Below, piece by piece: positions 25,140 through 32,000 of a DNA stretch of 32,000 nt. Numbering within the stretch: position 1 is the first letter of the stretch; each line of letters opens with the position of its first letter. Below the pieces are notes generated by a model. It was given only the letters and a program-made list of their open reading frames with translations. It had not been told where the DNA came from and made no database searches. This DNA is from Methanococcus maripaludis (GTDB taxonomy: Archaea > AGJL01 > Methanococci > Methanococcales > Methanococcaceae): positions 1,620,001 through 1,652,000 of the forward strand of contig NZ_CP026606.1 of the NCBI RefSeq assembly GCF_002945325.1, written 5' to 3'. The position numbers were made by a program, and so were the translations under genes.

Positions 25140-26021
25140 ATGAAATACGCGTTTTTCCTTGGATGTATCATGCCAAATAGGTATGCCGGTGTTGAATCAG
25201 CTACAAGAACAGTAATGGAAAAATTAGGTGTGGAATTAGTAGACATGCCTGGTGCATCCTGCTGTCCTGCTCCAGGGGTATTTGGTTCATTCGACCAAAA
25301 AACCTGGTTAACATTAGCTGCAAGAAACTTAGTAATCGCAGAAGAAATGGGAACAGATATTGTTACAGTATGTAACGGATGCTACGGTTCATTATACGAA
25401 GCTGCACACATGTTACATGAAAACAAAGAAGCTTTAGCAATGGTAAACGAACAGCTCAAAGAAATTGGAAAAGAATACAAAGGAACTGTTCACGTAAGAC
25501 ACTTTGCTGAATTAATCTACAAAGAAATTGGTGTAGACAAAATCAGAGAAAATGTTGTAAAACCATTAAATGTTAATATTGGAGTTCACTACGGATGCCA
25601 CTTCTTAAAACCAACTGCAGCAAAAGGTCTTGGAAATGCGGAACACCCAACAATGCTCGACGAACTCGTTGAAGCAACAGGTGCTAAATCAGTAGACTAC
25701 AAAGATAAAATGATGTGCTGTGGCGCTGGTGGTGGTGTAAGGGCTAAAGAATTAGACCTTGCATTAAGCATGACACAAGAAAAAATTGAAAACATGTTAG
25801 CAGTAGGCGCTGATGCTACCGTTAACGTATGTCCATTCTGCCAGTTACAATTTGACAGGGGACAAGTTGAAATTAAAGAAAAATTAGGCAATGAATACAA
25901 TTTCCCAGTTGTACACTTATCACAACTTTTAGGTCTTGCAATGGGAATGCAACCAAACGAAGTGGCTTTGGATGTAAACTTTATTTCCCCAGAACCATTA
26001 CTTCAAAAATTAGGATACTAA
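25140..26021 (+). CDS. hdrB: Heterodisulfide reductase subunit B
   Basis: Two CCG domains (GASCCPAPG...CNGCYGS; MCCGAGGG...CPFCQLQ). [10 protein letters not shown]-terminus behind GGTGAT. Confidence 0.9.
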   Translation: MKYAFFLGCIMPNRYAGVESATRTVMEKLGVELVDMPGASCCPAPGVFGSFDQKTWLTLAARNLVIAEEMGTDIVTVCNGCYGSLYEAAHMLHENKEALAMVNEQLKEIGKEYKGTVHVRHFAELIYKEIGVDKIRENVVKPLNVNIGVHYGCHFLKPTAAKGLGNAEHPTMLDELVEATGAKSVDYKDKMMCCGAGGGVRAKELDLALSMTQEKIENMLAVGADATVNVCPFCQLQFDRGQVEIKEKLGNEYNFPVVHLSQLLGLAMGMQPNEVALDVNFISPEPLLQKLGY

Positions 26022-26038
26022 TTCCTTTTTTCTTTTTT
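26022..26038 (+). terminator. Oligo-T tracts after hdrB
   Basis: TTCCTTTTTTCTTTTTT starts directly after the stop codon. Confidence 0.45.
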
Positions 26039-26067
26039 AATAATAATTAAAAATTTAAAAATAATAT

Positions 26068-26862
26068 TTATTCGATTGAATCGGTCGTTTTTGACGCATT
26101 TAGTAATGTGTAGCTTATTTTGTTTTTGTCAACTGTTTTTATTATTTTTTCAGCCATTTTTCCAGTGATCATTGCAATAACATCGCAACCCCTGTTGCAC
26201 GCAGAAACAATTCCTTCAGAGACTGCAAATCTAATATCTGGATGAATTTCAAGTTTATTTGCAATCACTGTTCCAACAGTTCCTGCAGTTGCAATTACTG
26301 CATCAGGGTATTCTTCAAGAGTTTTTTGTACAATATCATAGTCAACGTTTCGGGATCCACCCATAACTTCAGAAGGAATTTTTAAAACGATAACTTTTCC
26401 GTTTTGAACTTCAATATGTCCATGAATTTCATGTATTGCAACATCTTCTCCAGACTCTCCACCGTAAAATACTTTTGCAGTTGCATCGGATTCGATGTTT
26501 TTTGAAACGTATATGATTCCCTTTTTCATGTATACTCCAACATTTTCCCCTGGCACTATATCTTCAGTAGCAATTGCTGGCCATACATCTTTGTATCGGT
26601 ACAAATTCTGATTTACATCGTTTAAATAATTTTTAAAGTTCGAAATCCAGTTTTTTAATGAAGCCATACCTTTTTCGGTTATTATGTACTCCCCTCTTCC
26701 TTTATTTTTAATCTGTTCGTCTTTTATCAGATTTCGCATATGTTCTGAAACGCCCTGAACAGTTATGCCCAATATGTCAGCAATTTCTTTCTGCTTAATA
26801 TGTGGCTGTTTTCTAACAACTTCTGAAAGTATTTGAAATTCTGTAATATTTCTTTTTTTCAT
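26068..26862 (-). CDS. Archaeal transcriptional regulator: N-terminal wHTH plus an uncharacterised roughly 170-aa C-terminal domain
   Basis: HTH segment QKEIADILGITVQGVSEHMRNLIKDEQIKNKGRGEYIITEKG. The C-terminal domain has a Rossmann-like ATAGTVGTVIA stretch and a SACNRGCD cysteine pair. GGTGGA RBS. Confidence 0.7.
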   Translation of the reverse strand: MKKRNITEFQILSEVVRKQPHIKQKEIADILGITVQGVSEHMRNLIKDEQIKNKGRGEYIITEKGMASLKNWISNFKNYLNDVNQNLYRYKDVWPAIATEDIVPGENVGVYMKKGIIYVSKNIESDATAKVFYGGESGEDVAIHEIHGHIEVQNGKVIVLKIPSEVMGGSRNVDYDIVQKTLEEYPDAVIATAGTVGTVIANKLEIHPDIRFAVSEGIVSACNRGCDVIAMITGKMAEKIIKTVDKNKISYTLLNASKTTDSIE

Positions 26863-27195
26863 AAATCCACCAAAAATCCATTATCAAAATAACTTTAATA
26901 AATATATAAAATCGGCTAGTATATATACTTTTGAAACCAATCCTAAAAGATTAACTTTAATTTTAATTTTCAGATGGAATTTTAAAAATGGTATAATTTA
27001 ATACATAACTAAAATTTTAGTTTTAACTTATATATTTAAGATTTGAAGCGTGAATAATAATATACAGGTTTTAAGGTATTTTTTGCCAAAACGTAAAATA
27101 CACATTTTAATTTTGATTAATAGGTTATTTATGAATTAATATGTATTGTATAAATATTTGCGAGACGATAAATAGTAACTGAATGGTGATTTGTT

Positions 27196-27990
27196 ATGAC
27201 TATGGAAATCTTACTTGTAAATGATGATGGGATTTATTCAAATGGTCTTTTAGCACTTAAAAATGTAATATGTGAAGAATTTGATGCAAATGTTACGGTT
27301 GTTGCACCCACTAATCAACAGAGTGGTATTGGAAGAGCAATAAGTTTATTTGAGCCTCTTAGAATTACTAAAACAAAACTTGCTGATTGTTCTGAAGGCT
27401 ATGCAGTATCTGGAACTCCTACTGACTGTGTTGTTTTAGGGGTACACCAGGTTTTAAAAAAAGTTCCGGATTACATAATTTCTGGAATAAATATCGGCGA
27501 AAATCTTGGAACTGAAATTACAACTTCCGGAACACTCGGAGCTGCATTTGAAGGTGCACACCACGGTGCAAAATCATTCGCATGTTCCTTACAGGTTACA
27601 ACTGACCATTTAAAATTTAAAGAAGGCGAAAGTCCAATTGAATTTATGACTGCCGCTAGAATTGTTAAAAACGTATTTAAAAAGTTTTTAGACGATGAAT
27701 TCCCGTGTGATGTAGTAAATATAAATGTTCCAGATAATGCTACAGAAAATACGCCTGTAGAAATTACAAAACTTGCTAAACGTATGTATTCAATGCACGT
27801 TGAGGAAAGAATTGATCCTAGAAGTAGGAGCTACTACTGGCTCGATGGATATCCTGTTATGGATGAAGAAGATGGAACTGATGTATATGCTGTTAGAAAT
27901 AAACGAAATGTGTCAGTAACGCCCCTTACATTGGACAATACTGCTAAAAATATTGATGAATTTAAGGAAAAATATGGAAAAAAGTTTTAG
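27196..27990 (+). CDS. surE: 5'/3'-nucleotidase SurE
   Basis: The N-terminal ILLVNDDGIYSNGL signature, the SGINIGENLG motif and the GTLGAA motif are all present. GGTGAT RBS. Confidence 0.9.
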   Translation: MTMEILLVNDDGIYSNGLLALKNVICEEFDANVTVVAPTNQQSGIGRAISLFEPLRITKTKLADCSEGYAVSGTPTDCVVLGVHQVLKKVPDYIISGINIGENLGTEITTSGTLGAAFEGAHHGAKSFACSLQVTTDHLKFKEGESPIEFMTAARIVKNVFKKFLDDEFPCDVVNINVPDNATENTPVEITKLAKRMYSMHVEERIDPRSRSYYWLDGYPVMDEEDGTDVYAVRNKRNVSVTPLTLDNTAKNIDEFKEKYGKKF

Positions 27991-28066
27991 TTTTAAATAG
28001 TTTAAATACAAATAGATTATTTACTTAATTATTTTTTAATTTTGTTAATATTTGGTCGTGAGATAG

Positions 28067-28714
28067 ATGTGGAAAAAACTGGGCAACTTAGAGAAATTTT
28101 ATGTAAAAACTGGCAAAAAAGGGGCAAATAAGATGGCCTTACTTATTGATGGACCAAACATGTTAAGAAAAGAATTTAATGTTGATCTTGATAAAGTAAG
28201 GGATGCATTAGAACAGTTTGGGGATATTGTTGTTGGCCGGGTTTATTTAAACCAGTATGCGTCAGATAAATTAATCGAAGCCATTGCAAATCAGGGTTTT
28301 GAACCAAGGATTTCTGCAGGAGACGTTGATGTTGAAATGGCAGTCGAAGGAACTGAATTGATATTTAATAAAAATATTGATACAATTGTCTACATGACAA
28401 GAGATGCAGACTTTTTACCTGCAATCAGAAAAGCCAAAGAACGCGGAAAACAAATTATTGTCGTTGGTGCTGAACCTGGATTTAGTACTGCAATTCAAAA
28501 TATTGCAGACCACGTAATACGGGTAGAAGAAGATTTTGAGCTTGATAAAGAAAAATTAGAGCAGAAAAAAATAGATAGGGAACACAGTATTGCAGTTTCA
28601 GAAAAAGAAGCTGAAGTGCCAGAAGTTCAGAAAAACAGTCAGGAACATAAAAAAAGCAGTACTGATTCATTTAAAGATGGAATAAGCAACGGTATAAACT
28701 GGCTTAAAAAATAA
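28067..28714 (+). CDS. NYN/LabA-like (PIN-related) domain protein with Lys/Glu-rich C-terminal tail
   Basis: [18 protein letters not shown] and [24 protein letters not shown] match the NYN/LabA acidic-residue pattern. The domain begins at the alternative start ATG 28133 (MALLIDG...), so the first 22 codons are uncertain. Confidence 0.7.
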   Translation: MWKKLGNLEKFYVKTGKKGANKMALLIDGPNMLRKEFNVDLDKVRDALEQFGDIVVGRVYLNQYASDKLIEAIANQGFEPRISAGDVDVEMAVEGTELIFNKNIDTIVYMTRDADFLPAIRKAKERGKQIIVVGAEPGFSTAIQNIADHVIRVEEDFELDKEKLEQKKIDREHSIAVSEKEAEVPEVQKNSQEHKKSSTDSFKDGISNGINWLKK

Positions 28715-28749
28715 AATTAAATTCTTTTTTGTTAAGTATCTTAAATAAT

Positions 28750-29019
28750 TTATACTTCTGCAGGATTTCCTTTTTTCATGAATTTTGAAAATGCAATTGT
28801 TCCAATCGGGCCGCATACCAAGAGTAACAGTGCTACGGTTTCTACATATGCAATTGAGTATATTTCTGCTAAAATTACTAAAAATGTAGCAATTATTACA
28901 GCCATTAGGCCTTCTCCGATAAGTACGTTTGAAGTTTCTTTTCTAAATGCTAATTTTAACGCAGAAAACGCACCAAACACTAATGAAATCATGGTGAAGT
29001 ATAATACATATTCATTCAT
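28750..29019 (-). CDS. ehbB: Small 3-TM membrane protein, MnhF/MbhB-like; candidate EhbB
   Basis: 89 aa. The layout (TM1, a short charged loop RKETSN, then two closely packed TMs) resembles Mrp subunit F. ATG 29019 lies 3 nt after a GGTGGT RBS. The antisense ORF 28778-29041 is not protein-like. Confidence 0.55.
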   Translation of the reverse strand: MNEYVLYFTMISLVFGAFSALKLAFRKETSNVLIGEGLMAVIIATFLVILAEIYSIAYVETVALLLLVCGPIGTIAFSKFMKKGNPAEV

Positions 29020-29032
29020 CAAACCACCTAAA

Positions 29033-29209
29033 TTATGCTGATAGGAATTTGTAGGCCCATATCACAAAGATAACTGCACCAATAAACATTGAGAACCAAA
29101 CCCATATATTTACTAGGAATAGTATCTTATAAATTTTTTCGCTTTTTTCAGGGTCATTCATAAGCTTCTTTAATGGATCTCTTCCATAATATTTTTTCTT
29201 TTTTAGCAT
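29033..29209 (-). CDS. 58-aa single-TM protein not in the supplied ORF track; candidate EhbA-type small subunit
   Basis: Manual translation of the minus strand gives MLKKKKYYGRDPLKKLMNDPEKSEKIYKILFLVNIWVWFSMFIGAVIFVIWAYKFLSA followed by TAA. An AGTGAT RBS-like sequence overlaps the upstream stop. It is wedged 7 nt after the previous gene and 13 nt before the MnhF-like gene's ATG at 29019 (10 nt before the track start at 29022). Confidence 0.55.
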   Translation of the reverse strand: MLKKKKYYGRDPLKKLMNDPEKSEKIYKILFLVNIWVWFSMFIGAVIFVIWAYKFLSA

Positions 29210-29216
29210 TTTATCA

Positions 29217-29606
29217 CTAATTAAGGCCTACTCTAAATAAATACTGTGTTGTAGTTGGTAATTTTCGCCTAACTTCTCTTAATTCAGGTTTGTAAATATA
29301 AAGGATACTTTCTTCACTAAAAAGGCTGACTTTTTTTCCTAAAATTTTTGATATTAATTTTACTTCTTCGATTCCTTCTATTTTTACAGTTCCCGAGTCA
29401 TAACTTGAATCAACTTCTAGTACTATTGGAAGTCGTATATCCCCAGATATATTTTCTTTTATAAATTCGAGTTCCTTTTTCTTAATCCTGTGTCTCTGTC
29501 CGTTTACTAGTAAATGCGGTTTATCTTCTTTTAAAAGTTCGTTTAATGTTTTTCTTTTAAAATTGGATTTTAAATTATGCAGAAACTTATAAATTTCTTT
29601 ATCCAT
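29217..29606 (-). CDS. Conserved archaeal hypothetical protein (possibly DUF61/UPF0216-like), basic
   Basis: 129-aa ORF in a tight co-directional string, with GTGAAA upstream of the ATG. I could not assign a catalytic motif, and the family call is from memory only. Confidence 0.6.
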   Translation of the reverse strand: MDKEIYKFLHNLKSNFKRKTLNELLKEDKPHLLVNGQRHRIKKKELEFIKENISGDIRLPIVLEVDSSYDSGTVKIEGIEEVKLISKILGKKVSLFSEESILYIYKPELREVRRKLPTTTQYLFRVGLN

Positions 29607-29661
29607 TGTTTCACGTAAATTTTATTGAAAAGTAAAAAAAGTTAGTATTGATGGTATTTAA

Positions 29662-30027
29662 TTATTCAGCATGGAGTACTACTATGGTTCCAACAAGTTC
29701 TCCTTCTTTAATAGTTCCTTCTTTTACTGCAACAAATATTGCGTATTCGAGACATCTTTCATGTTCGAAAGGAACTGGAGTTTCTTCCCCTAAGGATACC
29801 ATGTTTCCTAATTTGTGCTGAATGTATGCAGAAGGCATCAAAACTGTTTTTTTAGGCAAGCAAATTTTCGAAATGTTTATCGGTTTAATTTCGCCTGCTT
29901 TAATTTCAACAGTTTCTGCTGCAAAAACTGGAACTTTTTGGCCAACTATTTCTAGTTTAGCCCCTTCCTGTTTTTTGCCTTCAATTTTATCTTCAATTTC
30001 CTTAATTTTTCCAGTAATTCTGAACAT
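29662..30027 (-). CDS. Hypothetical small beta-rich protein, unknown function
   Basis: 121-aa ORF, 21 nt downstream of atpD, with a GGTGGT RBS 2 nt before the ATG. No recognisable motif. Confidence 0.6.
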   Translation of the reverse strand: MFRITGKIKEIEDKIEGKKQEGAKLEIVGQKVPVFAAETVEIKAGEIKPINISKICLPKKTVLMPSAYIQHKLGNMVSLGEETPVPFEHERCLEYAIFVAVKEGTIKEGELVGTIVVLHAE

Positions 30028-30048
30028 AAAACCACCAACGATGTTGAA

Positions 30049-30708
<660 letters not shown>

Positions 30709-30739
30709 TTAATAAAATGGGAATAATTCAGCTTCTGAA

Positions 30740-32000
<1,261 letters not shown>

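Noticed and set aside
101-25900. Remaining short antisense or off-frame track ORFs (101-388, 1660-1878, 1853-2101, 5286-5576, 6998-7228, 7442-7666, 11874-12186, 13221-13403, 16781-17125, 17989-18231, 20192-21142, 23149-23415, 23880-24074, 24235-24435, 25697-25900; also 28482-28670 and 30879-31100)
   Set aside because: Each lies entirely within a longer ORF that has clear family motifs. None has an RBS or recognisable motif.
28778-29041. 87-aa plus-strand ORF opposite the MnhF-like gene
   Set aside because: The minus-strand product is a coherent 3-TM protein with a GGTGGT RBS, in a co-directional gene string. The plus-strand translation has no protein-like pattern or RBS.

Overview
AT-rich euryarchaeal chromosome segment. 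The gene content includes HdrC/HdrB, thiol:fumarate reductase TfrB, YcaO 'methanogenesis marker 1', Mrp-like Ehb-type membrane subunits, A1AO ATP synthase B/D and an archaeal GlmM-GlmU pair. Together with GGTGAT-type ribosome-binding sites and a TTTATATA promoter, this points to a hydrogenotrophic methanogen of the genus Methanococcus, probably M. maripaludis-like. That assignment is inference from the sequence; no search was run. I call 34 protein-coding genes (two cut by the window edges), one tRNA-Ala(GGC) with its promoter, one intragenic direct repeat and a few oligo-T terminators. I see no CRISPR array, transposase/integrase, rRNA or recognisable defence island, so most of the window is core housekeeping and energy metabolism. 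Five things deserve a second look. (1) A 1028-aa, sequon-dense beta-helix surface protein has its signal peptide out of frame with the only usable start codon because of an A8 tract, and its body carries perfect 113-nt internal duplications. (2) A same-strand DUF167 - YcaO - DUF523(TudS-like)/DUF1722 cluster lacks TfuA. (3) Two separate pairs of tiny Mrp-like membrane subunits are present, one pair directly behind the ATP synthase operon tail and including a 58-aa gene missing from the ORF track. (4) A wHTH-ACT regulator is translationally coupled to a CYTH enzyme. (5) A secreted, membrane-tethered, ATPase-less Lon-type protease is present. All functional calls rest on motifs read by eye and remembered family signatures; none was confirmed by a database search.
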